From an uncultured Alphaproteobacteria bacterium (lineage in GTDB: Bacteria > Pseudomonadota > Alphaproteobacteria > ATCC43930 > CGMCC-115725): a stretch of DNA of 64,000 nucleotides. Below, one piece after another: positions 19,859 to 30,186 of this stretch (within the stretch, counting starts at the first letter, position 1; every line of letters starts with the position of its first letter). The notes beneath the pieces are model-generated. The model worked only from the letters and a program-made list of their open reading frames with translations. It searched no databases and had not been told where the DNA came from. The stretch lies in the NCBI GenBank assembly GCA_963788085.1, contig CAWBFS010000016.1, positions 4,639-68,638 of the forward strand, written 5' to 3'. Made by a program: the position numbers and the translations under genes.

Positions 19859-21042
19859 TCAGGAACCCTCCGCAGGCTGCGGGCCGGTATAGCGCGCACG
19901 GGGGCGGATCAGGATGCCGCTCTCGTATTGCTCGATCGCGTGGGCGATCCAGCCGACGGTGCGGCCGGTGATGAAGATTGCGAGCGCCGCGTTCCGCGGC
20001 AGGCCCAGCGAGGTGGCGGCCGCGGCGAGGGCAAAATCGACATTCGGGTGACGCCCGGTCAGGCGCGTACCCGCGGCAGCTGCGCTTTCGATGAGGGCGC
20101 GGGCTTCCGGTGATGTCCGCGTGATGGCCGTCAGGATCGTTGTCGCGCGCGGGTCGCCGGCCGGATAGAGGAAATGACCAAAACCCGGCAGATCTTCGCC
20201 GCGCGCGAGACGGCCGGCCATCACGGTCATCGCATCGCCGCCTCGGGCGAGTTCGGCAAACAGCGCCTCGGCGCGGGCCGAGGCGCCCCCATGACGCCGG
20301 CCGGAGAGGGCGCCGAGCGCCGCCGACACCACCGCGTAGGGCGTGGCACCGGTCGAGGCGACGCAGCGCGCGACAAAGGTCGATGCATTGAGTTCGTGAT
20401 CGGCGATCAAGCACAAGGCAGCGCCGCAGAATTTCCGCTCCCGCCTGATCCAATCTCCAGGCCGCGGCGAGCCGGCGGTGAACGGGTTCGGGCAAAGACG
20501 GCAGGAGGGCGACGCTCGCGGCGAGCACGCGCAGAATCCGCCGCCCGGTGCGGATCACGCCGGTTCGGGTCAGGTCGACCGCCGGCAGATCCTTGTCTGC
20601 CACGGCGGCGAGATTTATTTGACAGCGCTCGATCAGACCGGATGCCGAGATGTCACCGGGGAAGGCGTCGGGGCGGCCGTCATCCAATTCGGCGCCTTCC
20701 TCGGCGCGCCAGAGCAGGGTGGCGACATCCTCGAGCGTGGCCTCCTCGGAGAGGCGGATCGCATCTTTCCCCCGGTAGAACAGGCGGCCGTTCTCGATCA
20801 GGCAGATCGACGAGCCGATCACCGGCATCAGCGCCTCGGATTCGGCTGCTGCGGGCCGGCCTCTCACCCTCGCGCGTGGCCAGCAGGGCCTCGACATCCT
20901 CTACCCGGTAACGCCGCTCTCGGCTGCCCGGCAGGCTGACCGACTGCAGCCGGCCGCGGCTGACATAGGCATAGAGCGTATCGAGCTTGATCCCCAGCCG
21001 CTCGGCGGCCTGTCGCGCGGTGAGCAGATCGAAATCGGCCAT
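19859..21042 (-). pseudogene. Excisionase/MerR-type HTH fused to a citrate-synthase-family domain, two frameshifts
   Basis: Three collinear pieces: the HTH (LLTARQAAERLGIKLDTLYAYVSRGRL), the middle of the citrate-synthase domain (SICLIENGRLFYRGKDA...) and its C-terminus (ADHELNASTF...LPGFGH..Y..DPRA...NVDF). Frame changes lie near 20845-20865 and 20409. Confidence 0.75.
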
Positions 21043-21194
21043 ATTAGGTTGATTGATACCGACAATCAAGGTTGACAGACTTGAGATATGCCCGTCTATT
21101 CAACCTCTCTATCGGAGGAAGCCATGTCTGCAATGCTAAAACTCGACCCGCTGAGCGCACAAACTCTCGTTGGCTGAATTAAGGAGCAAGTCCC

Positions 21195-21680
21195 ATGAAA
21201 AAACGGATCGATATGTCCGCGCTGACCTCGGTCGTCGGCACCCTTTACCCGTCGCCATACGACGTGCCGTGCCGCCCGCGTGAGCGCACCAAGCTCGGCG
21301 ACGCCGCCGGGCTGACGCAATTCGGAGTGAACCTGCTTCGACTGCCGCCGGGCGCGTGGTCGAGCCAGCGTCATTGGCATACCCGCGAGGACGAGTTCGT
21401 CTATGTCCTCTCCGGCGAGGTGGTGCTCGTTACCGACGGCGAGGAAGAGGTCCTGCGCGCCGGCGACTCGGCCGGGTTCCGGGCCGGAGACACCAACGGG
21501 CACTGCCTTCAAAACCGCTCGGGCGATGACGCCCGGGTGCTCGAAATCGGCACTCGTGTTCCCGGCGACTCGGCGTTTTATCCGGATATCGATATGGTTG
21601 CGCCGGCCGATGGCAAGCCCGCCATCTACACCCGCCGCGATGGCACACCCTACCCGGACATCAGACGGCGTGGCCCCTGA
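21195..21680 (+). CDS. Cupin-domain protein
   Basis: 161 aa with the cupin motifs HWHTREDEFVYVLSGE and GDSAGF.AG...GH.L.N. Confidence 0.8.
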   Translation: MKKRIDMSALTSVVGTLYPSPYDVPCRPRERTKLGDAAGLTQFGVNLLRLPPGAWSSQRHWHTREDEFVYVLSGEVVLVTDGEEEVLRAGDSAGFRAGDTNGHCLQNRSGDDARVLEIGTRVPGDSAFYPDIDMVAPADGKPAIYTRRDGTPYPDIRRRGP

Positions 21681-21752
21681 GCGCATTGCAGAACAGCGAA
21701 TTCTCGGCATCGTGATAGACTGACGCGGGCGGCAACAGTATCGGAGTCGGAA

Positions 21753-22696
21753 GTGCCGAGCCTTCATCCACAGATCCGGGAAGTGTTGAGGGTGATGGCC
21801 GAGGCGAAGCTTCGGCCGATCGAGGAAATGACGCCGGCCGAGGCGCGCGAGCAGATGGAAGCGACGGCCCGGGCGCGCAAGGCCGAGCCGCTGCCCGTCG
21901 CCCGGGTCGAAGAACGCATGATACCGGGCCCCGCCGGCGAGATCCGCTTGCGCCTCTACTGGCCGCGAGCCGCGGCGCCGGTGCCGGCGATCGTCTATTA
22001 CCATGGCGGCGGCCATGTGATCGGCAGTCTCGACACCCACGATTTCGTCGCCCGCAACCTCTGCAGCGGGGTCGGGGCATTGGTCGCCTCGGTCGATTAC
22101 CGGATGGGTCCCGAGCACAAATTTCCCGCGGCGGTGGACGATTCCTGGGCCGCCCTCCAGTGGGTCGGCGCGAATGCCGAAAGCCTCGGCGCCGATCCGG
22201 CCCGAATGGGCGTGCACGGCGACAGCGCCGGCGCCAACCTCGCAGCGGTGGTGGCACTGCTCGCCCGCGATGCCGGCAGCCCGAGATTGTCGCTGCAATC
22301 GCTCGTCTACCCGATCGCCGATTACGGCCTGGTCGGCGACAGCTATGAGAAATACGCCAATGGCTATGGCATCCTGACCAGGGGCGCGATGGAGTGGTTT
22401 CGCGACCACTATCTGCGCAGCCCGAGGACGCGCAGGATTGGCGCGCCTCGCCGATCAAGGCGGCCAGCCTCGCCGGAGCGGCGCCCGCAATTGTCGTAAC
22501 TGCCGAGTGCGACGTGCTGCACGACGATGGTCAGCGCTATGCCGAGGCGCTGCAACGCGCCGGCGTGCCGGTCGAATACAGGGAGTTCCCCGGTATGATC
22601 CATGCCTTCTTTGGCATGGTGCCGGCGGTCGACGATGCGATGAACGCCCAGCGCCTCGTTTGGGCCGCGTTCAAACAGGCTTTCGCTGGCGCTTGA
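21753..22696 (+). pseudogene. Alpha/beta hydrolase, hormone-sensitive-lipase-type esterase, one frameshift
   Basis: HGGG oxyanion motif (VYYHGGGH) and nucleophile GDSAGAN. The C-terminal part (ECDVLHDDG...FPGMIHAF) is in another frame; the change is at the CCC run 22421-22423. Confidence 0.8.
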
Positions 22697-22791
22697 CGTA
22701 TCCGGCGCTGCAGCGCGCGGGCGTCGCTGTGTAGTGCACCCCAAAAGTGAGACACGGAAAATAGGGGACAGTTTCTCGAGGAGAGGAACTG

Positions 22792-23196
22792 ATGAAGCAC
22801 CGGGAGTATGCGACGGCATTGAAGCAGGCCGCGCTGGCGCGCCTGGCGGCAGGGGAGAGCGTCGCCGCGGTTGCGGGGGATCTGCAGCTTCGGGGGCGGC
22901 TTTTGTATGCGTGGCGGGACAAGGTTCGCAAGGGTGGGCCGGCGGCGTTGCGCGGGCTGGGCCGCCCGCGTAAGCGAGCAGCGGCGGTGGCGGGCCCGGC
23001 GGCATGTGAGGCGGCCGAGATGGGCGAGGACGAGCTGGCGCGGGCGCAGCGGCGGGTCGCCGCGCTGGAGCGCAAGATCGGCCAGCAGCAGGTCGACCTG
23101 GATTTTTTTCGGCGAGCCTTGCGGCATGTGAGGGAGAGGGTGCGACCCAGCGTCGTGCCTGGCGTCGTGCGGTCTACGAAGTCATCCAGACGATGA
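22792..23196 (+). CDS. IS3-family transposase OrfA (HTH plus leucine zipper)
   Basis: 134 aa: AVAGDLQL....LY.WR.K and a coiled-coil tail RRVAALERKIGQQQVDLDFF. The ORF is intact. Confidence 0.75.
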   Translation: MKHREYATALKQAALARLAAGESVAAVAGDLQLRGRLLYAWRDKVRKGGPAALRGLGRPRKRAAAVAGPAACEAAEMGEDELARAQRRVAALERKIGQQQVDLDFFRRALRHVRERVRPSVVPGVVRSTKSSRR

Positions 23197-24130
23197 CGAG
23201 CGCGATGCCGCAAGGCCAAGTCACGATCGAGCGCCTGTGCCGGCTGGCGCGCGTGAGCCGCGCCGGCTATTACCGCTTCTGGCAGACCAGCGCGCCGCGT
23301 CAGCACGACACCGCGGCGCGCGACACGATCCAGCGGCTGGTGCTGGCCAACGGCCGCTATCGTCGCGGCTACCGCTACATCACCCAACAGCTGCGCCGCG
23401 AAGGCCTGATCGTCAACCACAAGCGCGTGCTGCGCCTGATGCGCGAGGACAATCTGCTGGGTCTGCGCCGGCGGCCGTTCGTGCCGCTGACGACCGATCG
23501 GCGGCACCCCTGGCCGGTGGTGCCAAACCGGGCGCGCGACATGCAGCTCAGCGGTCTGGACCAGCTGTGGGTCGCCGACATCACTTACATCCGGCTGCAG
23601 GAGGAATTCGCCTATCTGGCAATCATCCTCGATGCCTTCAGCCGCCGCGTCGTCGGCTGGGCGATGGCCGATCATCTCGGCGCCGGTCTGGCGGTACGGC
23701 GCTGACCATGGCGCTGACGGCGCGCCGCCCGCCCTGGGCAGCCTGGTCCACCATTCCGATCGCGGCGTGCAGTAGGCCTGTGCCGAGTACACTCGCCTGC
23801 TCGACGCGCACGGGATTGCCGCCAGCATGAGCCGGGTCGGCAATCCCTACGACAATGCCAAGGCCGAGCGTTTCATCCGGACGCTCAAGAGCGAAGAGAT
23901 CGATCCAGCACCCGGTACCGCGATCACCGCGACGCGGCGGGCCGTCTCGGCGCCTTCATCGACCACGTCTACAACAGCCAGCGCCTGCACTCGGCGCTCG
24001 ACGATCAGACGCCCGTCGCGTCGAGGCCGAGCACCGAGCGCGGTCCCGCGCCACCGCGCTCTCTCACCACGGTGGGTTTTCAAGGGATACGGAAATCTAC
24101 GGTGATGCCCGATGCCAACCGACGCCATGA
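23193..24130 (+). pseudogene. IS3-family transposase OrfB (DDE), multiply disrupted
   Basis: WVADITYI, HSDRGVQ*ACAEY with an in-frame TAG at 23773-23775 where Tyr is expected, and NPYDNAKAERF. At least four frame changes lie between 23690 and 24030. Confidence 0.85.
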
Positions 24131-25226
24131 ACGCCGACGCCGGCGAGCATCGCCCGTCGGCGTCGGCCGCATCACCGTGAGTTTCCGGCCGGCTATTCCT
24201 CGGCGGGTTGCTCCCCAGCAGAGCCCGCCTCCGCTTCGCCGGCCTCGCCAGTGTACGTCCATCACCATTCCGGCACAATCCAACGCCGGTCAACCTGTCC
24301 TCATTTTCCTGTCTCACTCATGGGGTGCAGTTCACTGATATCGCTGTAAATCCCGCAAAATACAGCCAGGAGGCCGGCCTCAGCCGCAGAAACCCTCGCA
24401 TTTTGACTGGCGCCAGCGGCAGATAACAGCCAGGAACAGCGAGCAAGAACAGCGAAAAAACAGCCAGCAAGCGCCGTCATCTCGGTACAACGCGATTCGA
24501 GTGCTAGCGCGGGCCGGCGAGGGCAGCAGATCGCATTACGATCCCGGTCCTTCCGCACTCGCCCTTCGAAAAAATTGCACTACCCGATATCACGAAAAAT
24601 ATCCTCTCAATCCGGCCCCGCAGCCACAATGTTCACGTTCAAGCACTCGGTACCATGCCATTATGGCAACTTTCGGGTCCGCGTGTGCGCTCGCCGCTCG
24701 CCCTCCACCTGAACGAAGCCTCTCAGTCTAAATAATTTCTGCTGTCGACCCTGAGCGCCACGCGGCCACCGCCGTCGAACGGCAGGATTTGCCCCAAAGC
24801 CGACCCCTGTGATCACCCTCACGAACGGCGAGGTAGGGTGGAAAGCTGCCCTCGGCCGGCTGCCGTGAAGCGGACCTTTGAGACCAAGTCCCGAGACACC
24901 ATCATGTCCTACTAACGGTGATTGTCGCGGTGTCGCGAAGTGCGATTTCAGGCCAGACGGGTTTCAGACTGGGCGTTTTGCCACGCCCTGATCGGAGCGA
25001 TTTCCAAGACACGATTTGCAGCCGGTTGCATGGCCCGGAAACCAAACAAAGCGGAGCCGGCTCTTCGCGGCTCTGAACTCGGTCGAGATGATCTTCAGCG
25101 GCCCGTGGAGCCTCATGGCGGTCTTTCCCGAGACCCGAAGATGACGCTCTACTGGCGGCGGATCCGCGCGCCTCCGCGGCGGCTAGCAACGCACTTGAAG
25201 CGCGAACAGATCGTGATGCATTGTTT

Positions 25227-26620
25227 TTATTCGATCACACTTCCCATTCTTGGCGCTGCGCCAGTGCGAGCGTCCTTGTGGATCTTGCCGTCCTTCATTA
25301 TGACGACAAGGTTCTTGTCCGGTTCGGCGAGCAGATTGAGGTCCTGGAGCGGATCGCCCGCCACCACGAGCAGGTCGGCGTAGGCGCCGTCCTCGATAAC
25401 CCCGAGCTTTCCAGGGTAGGGATGCGCGGACCGGACAGCGCCAGCAGCTCGGCGTTGCCGGCCGTTGCCATCCTGAGAGCCTCGGCGTTGCTGTACCAGC
25501 GCGACATATGAGTCGAAGCACCCCCTGCCGCTCGGCGACTTCAGATGAGAAGAGCAGGTCGCTCCCCCACGCCGTCTTGATCCCGTACTTCTTGGCGTAT
25601 CCGTACATAGTGGGAGTTCCGGCCAGCACCTGCAGCAGGTTGATGCGGCTTTGGCCGGTCATCGGCGCGTTGTCGGTCTCGTCGATGAACGGCTGGGTAC
25701 TGAGCCACACGCCCTTGTCCGCCATCAGCTTCGCGGTCGCCTCGTCCATCAGGTGACCGTGCTCGATGCTTGGCCCCCGGCATCATCGCCCTTTTATGGC
25801 GGCCGGGGGATAGGCGTGCACCGCGACGTAGGTGTTGCGATCGGCGGCCGCTTCGACACCGACGCGCAACTCCGGGACCGTGAAGGTCACCATGTCCAGG
25901 GTCGTACGGGCGAGGCGACCCCACCGCCGCTAATCATCTGGATCTGCGAGGCCCCGAGGAACAGCTGCTCGCGCACGCGCAGGCGCACCTCGTCGGCGCT
26001 GTCGGCGATGGCAGCGGCGCCCAGGCTTCGAGTTGGCTCAGGGCCGCCGGGGCTTCTCGGAACATCCGAATTCATGCGCATGTCGCCGTGGCCGCCGGTC
26101 GTCGTGATCATCGCCCCGCACGGATAGATGCGAGGACCGACGGCCAGCCCGGAATCGATCGCCTTCTTCAGCGGGAAGGAGGGTCCGCCCAGATCCCGTA
26201 CGGTCGTGAAGCCCCGCATCATAGTTCGCTCGGCCTGGGCGCTGGCGGAAAGGAAGACGAAGCCGATGTCGGCCGTCAGCAGCTGCGCCGGGTTCAGGCT
26301 GGCGAACATCACGTGCCAGTGCGCGTCGATCAGGCCAGGATCAGCATGCGCCCGCCGCAATCGATCAGCCGCGCGCCCTCAGGCGCGCCCTGGCCGGCCC
26401 CCAAATCTGCTTCCATCCGTCCGTCCTCGATCCGCAGGCTCTGACCACCGCGCAAACCGAGGATTTGCCGTCGAACAGCTGGAAAGTTAGTGATGACGGT
26501 CGGCGGCGCGGCCCGCGTCGCCTGCGCGCTCGCCCTGGGCGCGAAACCGAGGCCGGCGAGCGCGCCGGCCGCGCCTGCGAGCATACCGCGGCAGAAAGCT
26601 CCCGCGTGATCCGTCGATCC
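25227..26620 (-). pseudogene. Secreted amidohydrolase-family metallohydrolase, multiply disrupted
   Basis: Signal-like RGMLAGAAGALAGLGFAPRASAQA, then PGLIDAHWH, GFTTVRDLGG, SIEHGHLMDE and GSD motifs spread over at least four frames. An in-frame TGA or a compensating indel pair lies near 25790. The 5' limit is approximate. Confidence 0.7.
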
Positions 26621-27333
26621 GCGGATCGTACCGTCGGTTGGCAGCAAAGGCAGTCCGCCGCGACCGCGTCGGCCTCGCCATCCGCAACGCAAGTAAAACA
26701 ACGGCGACCTCACTGCCAGAGAAAGACGCCTGCCGACTTCCCGGGTATCATTGGCTCAATGCGTGGCTCGGGAGTCGCCGTCTCGCTCGCCCCAACCTGT
26801 ACCGGAGAGGGGGACTGGGTTAATTAGGCGAAACACCTAGACGCCCAGGTGGCCAAGGCGCCCCGAGGGACTGGCGCGCGTTGGAGACTCGACGTCGGGG
26901 GAAAGGGGCGCCGCAACCCAGGCCGCAGCCTCGCTCACCGCAAAACCAGGGTCTCCCAAGGTCGGCTGTGGGTCGGCCTCCAGCGGTTCGATTGCGGTCC
27001 CGCGAACGGCGGTTTCGGCGCTACCGCGGCATCCGATAAGCAGCAGCGCGGGTCGGCTCGCCACCGTAGCGGACTTGTAAAGGGAGACCTTGCCGCTTTG
27101 AGATTGGCCGAGCCGCCCCGATGGCGTTATTAATGCTGGCTTGCCTCAGCTTAAGCCCGCCTCATGCAGGAGCGAAGGTGACCCGCCCCCGTGCTGCCGA
27201 TCGCGCCGGACCCGAACGCAGGCGCTGCGGCCGCTTATCGACGTCGAGAGACGATCGAAGGAGCGGCGCGAGGGCGCGCCGCCCGCGCCGCCGCCCTGCG
27301 TGCCGACGATCTTCTGAAGCGGCAAGCCCGCCG

Positions 27334-28101
27334 TCAAATCGCCATCCAGCCGCCATCGACATTGTAGGCGGCGCCGGAGACATAGCTCGCGCGGTCGGAG
27401 CAGAGCCAGACGACCATTTCGGCGATCTCCTCGGGGTTCCCCATGCGGTGGAAGGGGACCTGCGCGAGGATCGCCTCGCCGCGCCGGCGCATGGTTTCCT
27501 CGGTCATCGGCGTCTTGATGTAGCCGGGGCACACCGCGTTCACCCGGATATTGGCCTCGGCATATTCGATCGCGGCGGTTTTGGTCAGGCCGAGAACGCC
27601 GTGCTTGGCGGCGACATAGGCGGACGAGGTCGGCAATCCGACGAGCCCGGCGATCGAGCCGGTATTGACGATATTCCCGCCGCCCTGGGCCTGCATCTGC
27701 GGGAGCTCGTGCCGCATGCACAGCCATACCCCCTTGAGGTTGACCGCGATCATGCGGTCGAAGGCCTCCTCGGACCATTCGGCGGTCTTCTTGCCGGCCG
27801 CTTCGACGTGCCAGCCGGCGATGCCGGCATTGTTGAAGGCGCAGTCGAGCCGGCCATAGGCGCCCACCGTGCCTTCGATCATGGCGCGGACATCCGCGTC
27901 GCGGGTCACGTCACCCGACAGCGATATCGCCTGACCCCCGGCCGCGTTGACCTGCGCGACGGTTTCGCGGGCGGCTTCGGCCGACACATCGGCGACCGCG
28001 ACGCGCGCGCCTTCGCGGGCAAAGGCCAAGGCCGTGGCGCGGCCGATCCCGCCCCCGCCGCCTGTGATCAACGCCGATTTCCCGTCGAGCAACCCGGCCA
28101 T
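27334..28101 (-). CDS. SDR-family oxidoreductase (classical, glucose/3-oxoacyl reductase-like)
   Basis: ALITGGGGGIGRA, NNAG and YVAAKHG motifs. GGGAGGG Shine-Dalgarno before the ATG at 28101. Confidence 0.85.
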   Translation of the reverse strand: MAGLLDGKSALITGGGGGIGRATALAFAREGARVAVADVSAEAARETVAQVNAAGGQAISLSGDVTRDADVRAMIEGTVGAYGRLDCAFNNAGIAGWHVEAAGKKTAEWSEEAFDRMIAVNLKGVWLCMRHELPQMQAQGGGNIVNTGSIAGLVGLPTSSAYVAAKHGVLGLTKTAAIEYAEANIRVNAVCPGYIKTPMTEETMRRRGEAILAQVPFHRMGNPEEIAEMVVWLCSDRASYVSGAAYNVDGGWMAI

Positions 28102-28286
28102 CGCGCCCTCCCATCCGATCCGCTGCGATCCTGCCATAACCGCCGCGGCCGTGCCCAGGGCCGAAATGAACCCGCCCCGGCTGATTGGGAATGTGAGCTA
28201 TCTCACACTCCGCGACTGATCCGTGAAGCATTCTGTTCAGCCGGCCCAAATCGGACAAGCCGGGCAGCACTCTCAGGGAGGAACCC

Positions 28287-29343
28287 ATGGTTGACGACGC
28301 GAAACTGCATCAGTTTATGGGACAAATGTTGTCGGATCTCGGCGGCGCGGCGAGCGTTGCACTGGTCCGGATCGGTGATGCGTTGGGGCTCTACAAAGCT
28401 CTGCACGAGCGCGGCCCAATGACCGTAGACGAGCTTGCTGCCGCGGCCGGCAGTCAACCAGCGCTATCTGCGCGAATGGCTGTCGCATCAGGCAGCCTCG
28501 AACTATCTCTCATATGACCCGGCGACGCAGAAATTCACTCTGCCGCCGGAACAGGCGATGGTCTTCGCGATCGAGGACAGCCCCGTCTACATGATGGGGG
28601 CGTTCGACCTGATGACATGGATAACCGAGAGCAAGGATCAGATCCAGGCGGTGTTCCCGGCCGGCGGCGGCGTGCCGTGGAGCGACCACACGAGCTGTTT
28701 CTTTTGCGCGGTCGCGCGCTTTTTCCGCCCCGGCTACCACAACAATCTGGTGAGCAACTGGCTGCCGGCGCTTGACGGCGTCGTCGAAAAGCTCCAGCGC
28801 GGTGCCAAAGTCGCCGATGTCGGATGCGGCCACGGCTGGTCCACCGTGCTAATGGCCAAGGCCTTCCCCAATTCGCAATTCATCGGCTACGACTTCCATC
28901 CGAATTCGATCGAGAACGCGGCGGCGCATGCTCGTGAACACGGGGTCACGGCGAACACCCGTTTCGAGGTCGCCACGGCCAAGGGCTATCCGGAGAAAGA
29001 CTTCGATTTCGTGGCTTTCTTCGACTGTCTGCACGATATGGGCGACCCGGCTGGCGCGGCCGCCCACGTTCGGCAATCTTTGAAGCCGGACGGTTCGTGG
29101 ATGATTATCGAACCAATGGCGGGCGATCGGCTCGAAGACAATTTGAACCCGGTCGGGCGGATCTATTACGCGGGCTCAACGATGGGCTGCGTGCCGACCT
29201 CGCTCTCGCAAGAGATTGGCGCCGCACTCGGCGCGCAAGCCGGCGAGGCGAGACTGCGCGATGTCATCAGCACGGGTGGGTTCCGCAGTGTCAGACGCGC
29301 CGCTGAAACGCCGTTCAACATGATCCTCGAAGCGCGCCCGTAA
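28287..29343 (+). pseudogene. Class I SAM-dependent methyltransferase with N-terminal winged-helix dimerisation domain, one frameshift
   Basis: The N-terminal 55 aa (LGLYKALHERGPMTVDELAAAAG) are in one frame. The continuation VNQRYLREWL...VADVGCGHGWST...FDCLHDMGDP is in another, with the change near 28452. Confidence 0.75.
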
Positions 29344-29370
29344 TCCCGACAAGTCGGACGCTCGTGCAGG

Positions 29371-30003
29371 TCAGGCGGCGCGAGATGGAAGCAGACCGAG
29401 CGCGATGAGCTCCTCCCGCAATTTCGCTGGCGTCGTGAAATGGATAGTGTGGATGCCGAAGGGACGCGCGGCGGCGACGTTCGCCTTGACATCGTCGATG
29501 TAGACGGCGCGCTCCGGCTCTATCGCGAACCGCTCGATCAGCAGCGCGAAAATCCGCGGATCCGGCTTGATCACCTCGACCTCGCCCGAGACCAGAATTC
29601 CCCGGAACCAGCGGAGAAACGCAAACCGCTCCAACGCCGCCGGATAGGTTTCGGCCGACCAATTGGTGAGGCCGTAGAGCGGCGTGCCGCGATCCCGCAG
29701 CTCGGCCAGGATCTCGACCGAGCCGGCAATCGGGCCGGCCAGCATCTCGTCGAAGCGGTTGCCATAGGCCTCGATCAGCTCGGCCTTGTCGGGATGGTCG
29801 GCCTTCAGCAGTCGGGCGCCTTCGGCGAAGCTGCGGCCGGCATCCTGGCAGCGGTTCCATTCATGAGTGCACACCGTTGCCAGAAACTGTTCCATCGCCG
29901 CCTCGTCGCCGGCGAACAGCTTGCGGTACAGATGCCGCGGGTCCCAGTCGATCAGAACCCCGCCGAGGTCGAACACCACGATGCTGCGGCCCGCCTCGGT
30001 CAT
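29371..30003 (-). CDS. HAD-superfamily hydrolase (subfamily IA)
   Basis: VVFDLGGVLIDW (DxG nucleophile motif), LTNWS and YIDD motifs over 210 aa. Confidence 0.8.
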   Translation of the reverse strand: MTEAGRSIVVFDLGGVLIDWDPRHLYRKLFAGDEAAMEQFLATVCTHEWNRCQDAGRSFAEGARLLKADHPDKAELIEAYGNRFDEMLAGPIAGSVEILAELRDRGTPLYGLTNWSAETYPAALERFAFLRWFRGILVSGEVEVIKPDPRIFALLIERFAIEPERAVYIDDVKANVAAARPFGIHTIHFTTPAKLREELIALGLLPSRAA

Positions 30004-30048
30004 TCAGAAGCGGCCCTTGGCTCGGTAAGCTGAAAACCGAAAAGCTCG

Positions 30049-30124
<76 letters not shown>

Positions 30125-30186
30125 GCGCCGGCGAGGGGCGCTTATAGAAGAAACGCCGCAACCCTGTCCAGCCGGACGTTCCCTCC

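Larger units (their letters stand above)
22730..24334 (+). mobile_element. IS3-family insertion sequence, degraded copy
   Basis: Terminal inverted repeats TGTAGTGCACCCCAAAAGTGAGACA... (left) and the reverse complement of ...TGTCTCACTCATGGGGTGCAGTTCA (right), with TG...CA ends. It is flanked by the direct repeat CTG (22727-22729 and 24335-24337) and carries orfA/orfB. Confidence 0.85.

Noticed and set aside
23190-24130. Explaining the transposase frame breaks in both IS elements as the normal IS3 programmed -1 frameshift.
   Set aside because: At most one orfA/orfB junction per element can be programmed. Here there are four or more extra frame changes per element, plus an in-frame TAG in the DDE region, and I saw no A6G-type slippery motif at the junctions.
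25780-25800. In-frame TGA codons (amidohydrolase about 25790, DUF1801 about 54773, hydantoinase 58397) read as selenocysteine or programmed readthrough.
   Set aside because: They fall at positions that are not Cys/Sec in the families as I know them, I noticed no SECIS-like hairpin directly downstream, and each affected gene has additional frameshifts.
26837-27064. 75-aa GTG-initiated ORF with a lipobox-like LLLIGC near its N-terminus (possible small lipoprotein).
   Set aside because: The signal region is too short (the Cys is at residue 12). The ORF sits in a decayed, gene-free stretch and has no family resemblance, so the evidence is not enough to call it a gene.
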